Below, piece after piece: positions 1-12,800 of a DNA stretch of 64,000 bases (position 1 is its first letter; each line of letters starts with the position of its first letter). The position numbers and the translations under genes are program-made. The notes below the pieces were generated by a model. The model ran no database searches. It worked only from the letters and a program-made list of their open reading frames with translations, and was not told the origin of the DNA. The stretch is from Camelus ferus (lineage: Eukaryota), in contig NC_045696.1 of assembly GCF_009834535.1 (NCBI RefSeq), forward strand, positions 71,674,001 through 71,738,000, given 5' to 3'.

Positions 1-279
1 AAATTCTATTCTTTCATAATAAAAATACAGTAATAGGAGCATCTATTGAGTAATTTCCCAGAAACATGGGGCAGAGCCATAAGCAAAGAGATTGGAACAT
101 GACAAAGCTAGTCTAGGTAGTAATGCTGGGGGTTTTAATTATTAAAGTGTATCCTTGTACAATGTTGCCTTTCCAGAAAAGATCAATGTAGAAACTTGGA
201 GGAAAAACAACACATTAGACTCTGTTCTGGCTGAGTCATAAATAGACATTAGTGAAGGAAGTAATGGGGTGAGTCTTTG

Positions 280-760
280 TGAAACAGTGCAGCAAATACT
301 GATTGAGGACTTAATATGTGCCAGGCACGATTCTAGGTACTGGGGCTCCCCATCAACGGACAAAATAAAAGTCCCTGCTCTCATGAGCTAACATTCTAGC
401 AGAGATAGCCAACAATCAAACTAGTATATAATATAATGTCATGTAGTACTAGATGCTAGAAATGGAGCAAAGCAGGGTAAAGGGTATGCATGCTACTTTA
501 AACAGGGTGAGCAGATGCCCTTTCTGGTAAAGAGACAGCTAAGCAGAGACTTGAGTGAAGAGAAAGTTTGAGTCCTGGGAATTTCTGGGGGAAGCATATT
601 CCAGGTAATGGGAATAGCCAGTGCAAAGGCCCTGAGACAGGAGGCTCAGTGTATTCAAGAAACAGTAAAAAGGACTTGGTAGCTGGAGTGAATTCTGAGT
701 GATGGTAAGGAGTCTCAAGGCCACCATAAGTATTTTGCTTGTGATCAGAGGAAGGTGATA
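280..760 (+). mobile_element. L2 fragment
   Basis: aaatactgattgaggacttaatatgtgccaggcac...gtccctgctctcatg...gccagtgcaaaggccctgagacagg. Confidence 0.7.
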
Positions 761-3224
761 GGGCATAAGACAAGTTCAGAAATGATACAGATTCACAAAT
801 GTTACACACCCAAGCTGTGGCTTACAAATTCAAGTCTGCTATGTTCATGGTGGCAATTAGTAGTGAAGGACTACTGGAAGCAAATTTTTTGTGAACCTAT
901 CAAACACGGAGCTTTCTCCAGATCTTTGGTCTTTCTGACTTTGCCCTGTGCACTCACATCATAGTGGGCTGGGGCTGCCTCTCCCAATTGCCTGTCTCCT
1001 GAGCCCAGAGGGGTTTTGGGGAAAGCCTCTCAAATAACTAAGATGCTCTCCATAATTCCCTGTGTAAATGGAAATGGCAGCACTCAGATACAAGGGCACC
1101 TGGTGAAAATGAGACCATCAGGGGGTGATATTGGTGGGGTGGTACAAGGGGGAAGAAGGCAGCTTTTAAAGCCAGTGACCTCCAGGAAGCCTAGATGATT
1201 CTGTAAAACCTCTTATGACTATCCCCAAATAATGTGGACTGAGATTCAGCACATTAAAAACCATCTAATAGAAACCCTTAGTGATTAAGTGCAAACCAAC
1301 AAACCATTTAAAAATCTAGGTAAAATGTGTGGCAATTCAGATGGAAACTAGAAATTAGGTGCTGAAAGTGTTATTTCCAGATGGTTTTAGAGAATGCATC
1401 TTCCCAGAAGGTGGTTGGAATTCTCAAAAGGAACCAAGGCTGGAGACTAGTGGTGGGTTAGACTAGGCTGCAGTGTTGTCACCAACCTCCCTGTCTCCAA
1501 AGGAGGGTTGTAATAGAGGCTGTTTTTCTGCTGGTCCTTGTATCTAGGGCAGCTTGCACAGAGCCAGATACCCAAGTGAACACTCAAAGAATGTTGCTAC
1601 TTCCCAGGAGTAATGTGTGGAGCAGTGTTTAGGGGCGGGCTGTGGAGGGATGGTCCTGAGAAGCTGCCATCCAACCATTACCACCACCTTGTTGATCACT
1701 TCCTGGACACTTTATACACATCAGAGTTTGATGAAAACCATAGCTATCTTTTCTTTGGACTGTATAACCTTTTTAAAACTGGCAATACTTGGGGTCAGTT
1801 AACAACTGGCTGGAAGAGAGTCGGGAAAATTCTCTTTAGAAAGAGTTTGACAGACCCCACCGACCTGATTGGCCCCCAAAGCTATTTGAGTTTGCAGCCT
1901 CTGACGTACACGATCTTGTTTCATCCTTGCACCTGCGTGAACTGAAGCGCTGCGTCTCCAGTGGCCGCGGCTTCAGTGCCCCAGACAACGCGGGTGCCGA
2001 GGACCCCAGAACCGCCCCCTGGGAGGCTGGGGGTTGAGGCCCGGCCCCGAGGCTCCATCAGTCAGAGAAGACCCGCAGCCTGGGGTGGGCAGGGCTGGGA
2101 GGCAACGCGAGAACTGAAAGACCTGAGGACAAGTTCCAGCCTCTCGGCAGGGTAAGTAGCTCCAGGGGTGAAAAGGTGACCCGGTGTTGGGGCTGCTTTC
2201 CCCTACCTCCTGCGAGCCCTACAGGTGGGACTGGGGGAGGGGGCTTCAGCCTGGCGCAGGGCTGGCACAGAGGGGCCCCCACACACTTAACGGCGGGTTG
2301 ACTGCATTATTTCGGGGTCATCTGGGTCATTCCCTGCCTCCAGGTAAGGATGTGCCTGAGCTGGAAAGAGGACCAATTCTCAGAGCACTGTCAAGACCCA
2401 GATGTCGCTTCTCTGCTGGGGACTGTCAGTGCACATGGCCTCCTCGGTGCCTGGTCCCACAGGTGAGGGTTCCGGGCTGCCTGGGACCCCGCAGGCGCCC
2501 AGTTTAGTCCAGGGCAGGGTTTTCCATACTCCTTAAAGTGTAACCGCAGGGAGGTGCAAAATTTACACCCAACACAGTGTACAGACGTATATATATTTAT
2601 AAAATTAAAACCAACGTTTATGGATCAATATTATGCTTACAGTGTGTGATGTCCTCATCTGTTCTATTCTATCCATTCTATTCTACTCTTCTGTTCTATT
2701 TTTTTATTGTGTTCTGCTCTATTCTGGGAGACAGAGGAGGAGAGGGGCTGATGGAGGTGGTGGGGTCACCCACAATCTCCTCACAGGACCTTTGGAAGCA
2801 GATTTTCTTCTGAGGCAAACTGCATCTGCCCTGAGCGGGCCCTCATGTGTCTCCCCCCGTGGGCCCCAGGCTCTTGGCAGCAGAGACAGTACTCTGTTCA
2901 CCCAGCATCCCGCATGGCTCCTGGAAGAAACCCAGAATTCTTAGAACCTGTAAGCCTTGGAGAACATCCCTCTGTCAAAGCCCCTGGTTTTGCAGGGGAG
3001 GAAAGTACAGCTCTTTGGGGGGCAATTTTGCTGTATCTCTGTCATTTCCATATTTAATCCCTTCCTCCTGGACCCAATGACCATGGGCTCTGTGGTACCA
3101 AGAGTCTTAAGTACTAATTCCTAGGTCTTATGGATGTGGCAGCACTGAGGGGACTCCAGGATCTCAGGCTCCGGGTCTGGCAGGTCATAGACACCTGAGT
3201 GAATGAATGAGATGCCCATGCCCT

Positions 3225-3445
3225 GGTGTTAGGAGAGGCGCTTTGGAGTCAGACCTGAGTGCAGTTTTCACTTTGCTACTAGCTCACTGGCTGTGTGAGC
3301 TTGAGTAAGCCACTTAACTTTGCTGAGCATCCATTTCTTTACCTCTAAAACAAGGATAATACTGCCTATTTTGTAGGATTGGTATAAGGATTAGCAAAAA
3401 TGTGTACAATTTGGAGTGGCTGGGAACTCAAAAATAGCCCGTGCT
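3225..3445 (+). mobile_element. MIR SINE
   Basis: ctttggagtcagacctg...ggctgtgtgagcttgagtaagccacttaactttgctgagc...taaaacaaggataat. Further MIRs are scattered through the window (e.g. about 6170-6390, 12250-12420). Confidence 0.7.
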
Positions 3446-4174
3446 ATGACTGTTGTTAACAGTAATTGCAATAGTAACAAGAGGTCTCAGGACAACTCTG
3501 GATACTTCATATGTGCTGTTTTTCCTTAGTTTTGGAGGCAATCTGACTGCCATTGTTTTCATCCAAGGCAAAAAGGAAATTCTCATAAACACCCAGGGGA
3601 GGAGGCAGGTTACGTTTTCATGAACTGCCTTTAATAATAGGAGAGGAAAAAGACACACTCACAGACACATACACAACCAAACCCAAACCAAGAACACAGG
3701 CCCTTGCCAAGGATCCACCTGGTTACAAAAGATGGTTGCATTCTTGGAAATGAACAGAACGACTCTGGTCCCAGCCAGTGTTCAGCAGTGTGTTGGGAAG
3801 ACATAGCCCTGTTCCCTGCGGCACTCCCAATCCACATGCCAGAGTAAACACAGTTTGTTGGTAGAGAAGGACCACGTGGATGGGATTGATGGGCCATGAA
3901 AATTCATGCTGATAATACCTGGGAATCATTCTCTCTCCTCTCAGCAGACCTTCATTACTACATGATTTAGGAAATGTAGTTTTGGGGCTTAAAGTTTAGA
4001 TACTAGTATTGTTGTTTTGCTTTAACAAATTGAATGAAATCTCTTAACTAGTGGGTCTAATATGGAATTTAAATTATTCTGATTAAAAAAGACATCTTTG
4101 GTGAATCCACAGACTTAGAAAACAAAATCATGACTAGATCAATTATTTTGCTCTAAATTTGTCTTTTCCCTAGA

Positions 4175-4193
4175 TGTCCACTAGATGGCGGCA
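4175..4193 (+). promoter_or_regulatory. Candidate CTCF binding site
   Basis: TGTCCACTAGATGGCGGCA closely matches the CTCF core consensus CCACYAGRKGGCRS. Confidence 0.65.
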
Positions 4194-4278
4194 TGGGACC
4201 ACTCTAGATCCTGCTCCTTCAGCAGCAGCTCTTTCCACATAGTTTTAAAGTGAGGAAACTGTATTTTTGTTTTTGATT

Positions 4279-4334
4279 TCATATATATATGAACACACAT
4301 ATATATAAACACACACACACACACACATATATAT
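4279..4334. repeat. Compound (AT)n/(CA)n microsatellite
   Basis: atatatatat...acacacacacacacaca...tatatatat. Confidence 0.9.
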
Positions 4335-5819
4335 TTCCTTTCTGAAAAGAAAGGTAAACACTTTATGCACTACTTTTTATGGATCCTTTTTAGCACATAA
4401 ATAAAGACATGCTATTTCCCTCTCTGAAGGCCTGAACCCCAGGTGTTTTCCTCTTTGAGGAAAAAACACTTGATGGTACCAATGAGTAGTGAGTAGAAGC
4501 TTACCCAAAACCAGGTGCTGTGCTAAGAGCTTCATCCTATTCATTTCGCACAGGGGGACTACCAGGTGTCGCTTACATTTTGTTTAAACGCTACCATTTT
4601 CATGTGTGGACGTTTTGTAGGTAAGAGCTCTGAGGTAAGAATTTCAAATGTGATGACATCAACCAAATGAAGAATCTGGATGAGAGTGAATGCAGGGAAG
4701 CTGGACTCCAGAAGGAGACCTCTTCTGGGTGCCCAGGTGTCCCTTCCTGGCAATGACAACTAAAGGGACAGGGCGGTATGCTTCTTGCACAAAGAGGCAG
4801 GAAACATCTGGATAAATGAATTAGCACAAAGCTTAGTCCAGAAATGAAAGGCAGAAGCTGTGGGACAGAGGGGCCCATGACTACAATGGCCAGAAGCAAA
4901 GGGGTTCCTTCCTTTCCCTCCTGGTTAAGTACCTGAATCTGGGTCATTTAGTGAGCATCTACCTGGTGCCAGGCATGGTGCTAGTTGCCTTAATTGTGAC
5001 TTACTCTTCATTTACTCCTCACAGTCCCCCTTTGACATAGGAGTTGTGAGTGTGGAAAGAAGCACAAGGCAATTCCACTGAGTCATTAAGATGATTTACT
5101 CAGCCTCATCTCCGCAGCCAACAATCTGCCCAGGGAAGTGGTGACTAAAACAGAAAATAGGCCATGGCCCTTCCATTTATAGAACTTGCAATAAAAACAC
5201 TCCCGTTGCTGAATTGCACAAACTAGTCTCAGAAAAGAAAAAACATTTTTTTTTTCAGTGTGAGTATTCAAACTTGGAGCTTTTTAGCGACCAGTCAGGA
5301 TCTAAATGGAATTCAAATGCATTTCTATGGCATTGGATTCAACAGAGAAAAGCATTTGGAACAAGGAGAGAAATAAACTTTTCATCCCAGTTGAGATCCA
5401 TGTAGACAGCCTCTAAAAGTGTTCCCCCACCTGTTATTTAGTTAGGCTAAGAACTCATTGAGCTCACACAGCTGGGAGAAAAATTAAATATCAGAAAGGA
5501 ATTTTCCCCTATTTTTGAATTCATCCATTCAAGTTCAACCACTTCCTATGATAAAACCAGGGTTAAATCTGCACTTCATAATTTTAAAACCTAAGTCAGA
5601 TCATGGCATTTCTCTGCTCAAAACCCTCTAAAGCCTCACCACACCCCTAAAAACCAAAATTCTCCCAAAGGAACCCCACATAGTCTATTCCCCATTGCCA
5701 TATTTCTCTCTCTAACCTCATCAGGTTTCTTCCTTTCTTTTTTAACACAATTCTGCAACTAAGAAAAGGTTGCTCTTTGCAGTACCCCGAATTCCCCCAC
5801 CTCTTCCTGTTTTCTCCAT

Positions 5820-6020
5820 CAGGAGTCAGCAAATACAACTGTGTGGGTGGACCGAATGCCCGTTTTTGTATGGCCTATAAGGTAAGAATGGTGTTTACAT
5901 TTTTAAATGGTTGAAGAAAAAAAAGAAGAAAGCTACTATTTCATGATGTGCGAATTAGATGAAATTCAAATTCCAGTTTCAGCGAATAAAATTTTCTTGG
6001 CACACAGCTGAGGCCGTTTC
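5820..6020 (+). mobile_element. MER58B-like DNA transposon fragment
   Basis: caggagtcagcaaa...gtttttgtatggcc...taagaatggtgtttacatttttaaatggttg...aaattcaaatt...aataaaattttcttggcacacagc. Confidence 0.7.
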
Positions 6021-7109
6021 AAGGGATCCACACCACACGTCAGCAGATTTGCAAAGTAACTGGATACAAACAACGTATTTCTCAAAGTAACACATGGGTT
6101 TGTCCATCACACACACGGAAATAACAAATACACTTAAATCCTCTGCAAAAGAGAGATAAGGATGGTAATCAAGTTACCTCACATTTGGACAGCACTTTAC
6201 AGTTTACAGTCTAATCCATTTTGTCCTCATAACAGCCCTATGAAGCAGGAAGCACGGAAATGACTCCATTTCACAGATAAGGCAACTGAGCATCAGAGAG
6301 GTTCCAGCACTGGCCTAAGGTTTCCCAGCTTTAGATGTCGATGTGGGCCTAGGACTCAGGGCGAGGATGCCTAGACCAGCGAGTACTCTTTCACAAATGC
6401 CCTTCCAGGGAAAAATTCATGGTTGTGTAAAAGATAATGGTTTGACATCATTTAGTAGAACTATGATTTTTGTTGAGCAGATGAGATCTAGTACTATCAG
6501 ATCAACTCTAATGTTAACGTCACGTGGTTGTGATAGCCAAGATGAATAATTTTCTGAATCATTCATGTGTTTGTACCTACAATAAAATGGTTTCTACCTT
6601 AGTTCTGCCCTGCCTTAATTTTAAGTCACTGACACAGAGAAATGACACTCTGATTAGATTTCACTGACTCATATCTTACTACCAGGATTCACATAGGGGC
6701 ATCTGTAATCAATTCATTATTTAAACTTACAATCTGTTATCTTACTGAAATGAAAATATATCTTTTATTTATTTAATATATTTTATTTAATAAAATACAT
6801 ATTTATTCTTCTGGCTGTGGACATTAGCCTAGCTCTGTTTTTTAGCCATAAATAATATGTTCTCTTTTATACCATTTCAATAGCAGTAAAAATGATAAAC
6901 TTCACAGGTTGTTTTTTTTGTTTGTTTGTTTTTAATCTTATAGTTTAAAGTGAAGGGAAAGGCATTCTCCCTCCCTGGGGGAATAAAATCAAACTTTGAA
7001 AAGCTAAATAAAATCCTTTATTTTAAAATAAAACTTAATTTTATTGGGAACAACCCCTCTACTGCATTACGCTTTTTAGTTAAGAATTTATTTATGTTTT
7101 ATTTTAGAG

Positions 7110-7420
7110 TGTTTTTTTTAACTGAAGTACAGTTAGTTTACAATGTTGTGTCAATTTCTGGTGTACAGCATAATGTTTCAGTCATATGAGAACATATATA
7201 TATTTCTTTTCATATTCTTTTTCATTTTCATCGTAGGTTACTATAAGATGTTGAATATAGTTCCCTGTGCTATATACAGTGTGCACTGGTTTATCTATCT
7301 TATATATAGTAGTTAGTATCTGCAAATCTTGAACTCCCAATTTATCCCTCCATCCCCTCCTACCCATGGTAACCGTAAGTTTGTTTTCTATGTCTGTGAG
7401 TCTGTTTCTGTTTTCTAAAT
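7110..7420 (-). mobile_element. Artiodactyl-type L1 3' end
   Basis: ttttaactgaagtacagttagtttacaatgttgtgtcaatttctggtgtacagc...gttccctgtgctata...ctatgtctgtgagtctgtttctg. Confidence 0.85.
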
Positions 7421-9401
7421 AGATCCTTTCTAAATCATGAGGCAAACAGCCCAACGGTCTGTGTTTCTAATCACTATGTCTTCCATATAGTACAGAACTT
7501 AGTTACTGCATCAGCATCACTTCTGTGGGAAAGCCCGAGCCTTCGGTACAGGGTGCACCCAGGCCCAGGGGGTGAAGACCCCCACTGAGCTCTGCTCCAT
7601 CCCACTGCACCCAGGGGAAGGACATATAAAGTTCTGATGACAGTAAACACGGGGCCGTCAGAGGGACATGAGGTCCTAAGTGAACGTGGTGCCAAAACAT
7701 GCTGACAGGTGCCACCCATGGAGGGAAGCGGAGGGTCACCACCCTCCTCCCCGCGCTGGTGCGCCGTCCTGTGTGTAAAACAACAGCCGCACGGTTGGTT
7801 CGGAAGCTTCTCTGTTTGTCTCCACGTGCGTCGCTCACCGGCTCCTCCCAGGAGTCCTACGGAGGAGCTTCTCGCATCCTCACCTTACGCTTGAGAAAAC
7901 CAAGGCCAAGAGGACCCGTCATCCCGCAAGTGGGGGTGGCAGGGCCGGTGCTGCCGAGCTGGGGCTGCGGGTGCGACGCCGAGAGGGTACCGCGTGCTGA
8001 GGGCAGACGGTTGGGCAGTTCGGCTTCACCTCCCCGAGCCTCAGTTTCTCCACCTCCAGAGCCTTTGGCACGTCTGATTATGGGGATTAAATAAGACTAC
8101 ATCATCTTTACTATTCCCTCCTCACTCTAAGATTATTCTGTAAATATATTTCTATTTGTAGAAAAATTGACTACCTGGTCCTTGATCTAATCACTCCTTG
8201 CTTTTCATTTCTCACAAGAAAAGAAGTCAAAGTCATAGGACTTTCTGTTAATTTATAACCTCAGTTGACTAGGTCATGTGTGGCTGCATGTACAATAAGA
8301 CAGCAAGGAGAAGGAATCAGCGTGGTCTGCAGAGGTCTTGGAGGAGGTGAGATCTAAATGTCCTCTGTAAGACGCACTTGCAGGAAGATGGGAGGGTGTT
8401 TCAGGAAGAAGGAAACATGAGGGGCTAGGAGTCCTGGCTACACACGGGGCTTCATGAGATGCAGGCTGCTGGGACAGAGTCTGGAAGGGGAGCCAGGGAG
8501 GCTGGGTGCCGGGAGGAGCCAGGATAGAGATGGTTGGCCCGCCAGGCTACAGTGAGAATCGATGCAGGAGCCCAGGGGAAGGTATAGGAGACTGATCTGG
8601 CCAACTGTCCAGAAGCCTGTTTCATTCAGTACAGAATAGGTCCTGAGGGTTCAGGCTTAGGAAATCATGTTCTTAGTTTTACATCCTTCTTCTGTTTTGA
8701 TTAGATGTTCTGTAATTGCTTCATAAATTCCCAAAACTGTAAACTGTAACAACAGAAAACACTATAAACCCATACAATGAACATGTTGGAACCAATGGTT
8801 TTTCTTGAGCATTAATTTAACAATTAGATAAATATAAGTACTCCCAAGAATTTTGCTTAGTGGCTGAACTCCCACCTGTTCCTTACTCTTTCCTTCTGTG
8901 TCTCAGTTTCTGTCTCTCTGATCACTGGATTTCTTCTATATTTCTACTTTTTTTTTTAATATAAAAACTATTTCAAATACTTTTCCAACATGTGTGGGAT
9001 ACAAACAAATTATTATTAAATCTCTCTAGAGATGTGATCTTCAATACCTTATTATACTAAATAATGACAAAATAGGCTTACATACATGCAGCTCTTTTGA
9101 ACAGAGGATCTGAAGTCCTTTGTAAACCCAATTTATTAAACCTAATTCAAATTAATCCCTGCAGTTGCTGTATAGAGTTTTAAGGATTAAAAAGGTGGGG
9201 TTTTTTGGGTTAACGTGTATTATTTTATTTGAGCTGCAAAACTCCTGATGGTGAGCTCCCCCAGTACCTAGCATAGTGCCTCTGACCTAAGTAGATTCTC
9301 AATAAATAAGTATACTTGTTGAAAAAAATGAATGATTAAGTCAGAAATAATTCTGTGAGCAGAAATATGTACTGATTCTCATTTCACTGAGGAAGAAACA
9401 G

Positions 9402-9824
9402 CGTTGCGCTGGAGTCATTATGAGACACACTGGGACCTGAGACCCTTTACTGCAGCGCTTGCACCTGGACAAACGTCTAGTCTCGAGCAACAAAACACAA
9501 GAAACTATCAGGGACTAAAAATAACTACATGCATGTACAGTTGGGACAGATTATGAACAACAAGATACAAAAAGGTGCTACCAAGGGGTTGGGCAGACCA
9601 TCTAAACCACCCCTCCAGCCCAACCAACCAATCCGCCCCTATCCTCACCCCATTTAAGGAACCAGCTCATCATCCCCCTTCAGGGAGCGAGCAAGGGCAT
9701 CTGACACTTGTTTTTGTTCCCTCCTGCTTCAGCTCTAGTCCCCATAAAGCCGTGCCTGAATTCCTTATCTGGCCACTTATCAATTTCTATTAATTAAAGA
9801 GTCCAAGGACCCTGATGGGTAACA
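9402..9824 (+). mobile_element. ERV1-type solo LTR
   Basis: About 420 bp ending in ...gggtaaca, with internal CCAAT/GC box (accaatccgcccc) and a polyA-like cataaa. Family not determined. Confidence 0.6.
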
Positions 9825-12800
9825 ATTAGGACCTGCTTAGGAGAGCCAAGGGCACGTATTTCTTCCCAGCTTCACTTAAATGACTTCACCTTGGCAGCTT
9901 GAAACTGGCCACGGTGGGAGCATTTACACCAAGGAAATCAGCAAAAACTGTAAGTCGGCGCCTCTTCCCCTCCATTCCTTGAGAGCCAGTTTTAAAATAC
10001 TTGCCAGTTTACCGCTGAAATTAGGAATCCCACTGGGTAGGTGACTTGACTGACGTTAAACTGCTGGCTAAGAAGTTAAGCCCAGGCTCCAGGCCCTAAG
10101 ACGAGAGGCCATTAGGGAAAATGATGAGTAAAGGACGGGAGGGTAGCCAACTTCTGAGTCTGCAGCATAGTTCCGTACATGACAGAAAATGTATCTCCAG
10201 AGACGTGAAACACAGCAAGTCCTTTTATAGTGATGATGAAGGGATAGAGCATGAAGACTGGCTGAGCCAGTGAGAGGAGCTTTCTGCGGCCAGTGTGGAC
10301 AGCCTGTGACGGCGGCCAGACGCTGTGCTCAGCACTTCTCACGTGTTATTGCATCTGTAGTCAGTTCTCACAGCACCCTTCCAGGCAGGAATTACCATGG
10401 GGCGCAGAGAAGTTGGGTCACTTGCTTAGATCCCGTGGCCAGTAGGAAGCTAGGTCAGGATTCCACCCCATTTCTCTAGCAGCCCAGGCTTGCATTAATG
10501 CTCACTGGTTTCAGAACACACAGCATGGGGTGTGTGTGAATTCATGGGGCAGGGTCTGTGCAGGGTCTCTGAGGACGCTTCCTCCCTAGCAGAATTGAGA
10601 GAGAGCAGATTAAGCTGAACCACCCAAGCCTGGCACTATGTGGTTACACTTCGGTGTGTCAGGCGTTAGGCCATTCTGTTATCAAACCTCATTTCCTGAT
10701 TATTCCTGTGCTCTCTTGCTGTTGGGTTTTGGTTGTCTTTCCACCGTTAATAAAACTCACTCTCCTCACTGAGTTTTTCCCATAAATATGCTTCTCCCCT
10801 GTACTACCTCTGCCTTATGTCTCCCTCCTAAGTCTGACATGCAACCCGCTACTCTTCTCATTTTCAAGCCCATCACCTTAATGTCACCGTATTTTTCCCC
10901 TAATAGTTTCTGTATCCCCTGTTTGCTCTGCAAATCAAATTCTTACCTTCCTTCCTTTAAAGCAGCTACTGTCTTGTTCACTATCTTCATTTTGGCCAAG
11001 TGACCGTTATCAGTGTTCTCTGTGTTTATTTTCAACCTGATTCAAAATCTTCATGCACTTTCTCCCAATAAAATAACAGTATTTTATTCTGAACCGTAAA
11101 AACTTCTGATCTTTTTTCTTCCTTCAAGGCCTTCCTTGGGGATCCAGTCTGCTCTAGGAAATTCTGCCAGATGAACAAAGGGACCTCCCAGACTGCTGCC
11201 CTCTTTCCCTGTGTGGGTGCACAGTGTGGGCACCAGGGCAGGCATTCTGGGCTGCCCTGCTCGCCCACATCTCTCTTCCACATCCTCTCCCATCCTCCCA
11301 CCAAAAGCCTCAGATCCTCTCACCAATCTCCTTATTTTGAGATTGTTTATTCATGTGGTATGTTTATCTGTATGTAAAATTATGTAAAGTTTTGTTTGTG
11401 TGCATGTGTGCATGTGTACATGTGGTGTGAGTACCAGTCTGCAGTTCGTGGGGTAGGATATGATCCTATGTGTTTTTCAAGTGCAAGTCTGACACGGGAA
11501 CCTGGGTGGGCATGGCTCAGCTTGAACCTGGAAGGAATAAAAGCTTGTGTGAACATTCGCACGTATACACAGTACATACTATCAGCCTGCTTTGGCTCTG
11601 GATTTCTCACTGGCGTGGGTAGAGCAAGGGAGCAGATATGGGCCCTACTAACCAAGAGTCAGCTTATTTGTGGTCTAATGTCAATGGATTTGTAAACTAT
11701 GGACTATAAAATTATTACTTTCTGTGATTTGACTGAAAATACAGCATTTTATACTCTGAGGCAAAAACTGTGTATTTTGCACTGGGATGAAATAATGTGA
11801 GTTCTGAGCCATGTCCTGTGTGGCATCCACAGTAAGATGGAAGTATTGAGAAAAATGTGATGTGCTTAAAAAAACAATCACAATCAAAAACCACTTTCAT
11901 TTTGCTTTGTAATAACTGAATGACATGAGAGACAGCTTTTCTGGGGGTGGGAATAGGGTGGAGGGAGAGAGTCTTCTCCTTGTAAGTTGGCAGATAGGTT
12001 TACCTAGACAAAGTTCCTCTTTAGACATGCTTGCTGATTACTGTAGTCGATCCTTTTATCTCCTTTCCTCCCCTGTTCTCTCTTTCTCCCTCCTTGATGG
12101 CAAAAGTTGCCACTTCAGATCCCCTTCCCCATCCTCACCCCATTTCCCTCCTCCAGCTGTGTCAGTGTCAGGGAGGAAGGGCAGGTGAGGAGCCCAGGGA
12201 CAGGACCTAGAACCAATCAGCTGCTTCTGAGCTGCCACCGAGTCTGGAATTTATGGCGATTACATGGTTAACCTCATGTCTCAGTGCCTCAGTTTCTTCT
12301 TCTGCAAAATGGGGAGATTATTTCTCCCTCATAGGTGGTTGTGAGGCTTAAAGGGTCACTATACGTGTAAAGCATTCAGAACAGAGGCTGGTGCACAAGA
12401 AACACACCATGTTAGTAACTGCTGCAAGACTGGGCAGAAGGAGAAGTTTGTTTCTTAAGTAGGCAAGAATAAAACTGACAAGAATCAGTATTTTAAAAAG
12501 CAAGCAGTGCTGTGAACCCAAACAAATATGCCCCAAGAACGAATAAGGGGGGCCAAGCTTAGAAAAGCAAATATTTGACTCCTTCGAGACCTACTTTATA
12601 TTTGAGCTTTGTTGTTTGTTTCAAATTCTGTTATCATCATACTGGTTACTGGGAATTTTAAATGACTTTTAGCACAACTCCTTTAAAATATAATAATGCT
12701 GTACAATCCTTGTGTCACCAGTTTCCTTAGTAAAGACTCAGGACTTTTCTTTGCCTATTTGTTCATTTGGCATTCCACTGCCTTAATTTTTTTATGTCCG

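Noticed and set aside
1..8000. 3' exons of KLHL6, expected by recalled human synteny on this side
   Set aside because: No kelch-repeat or KLHL6 C-terminal coding sequence was recognised; the gene probably ends outside the window.
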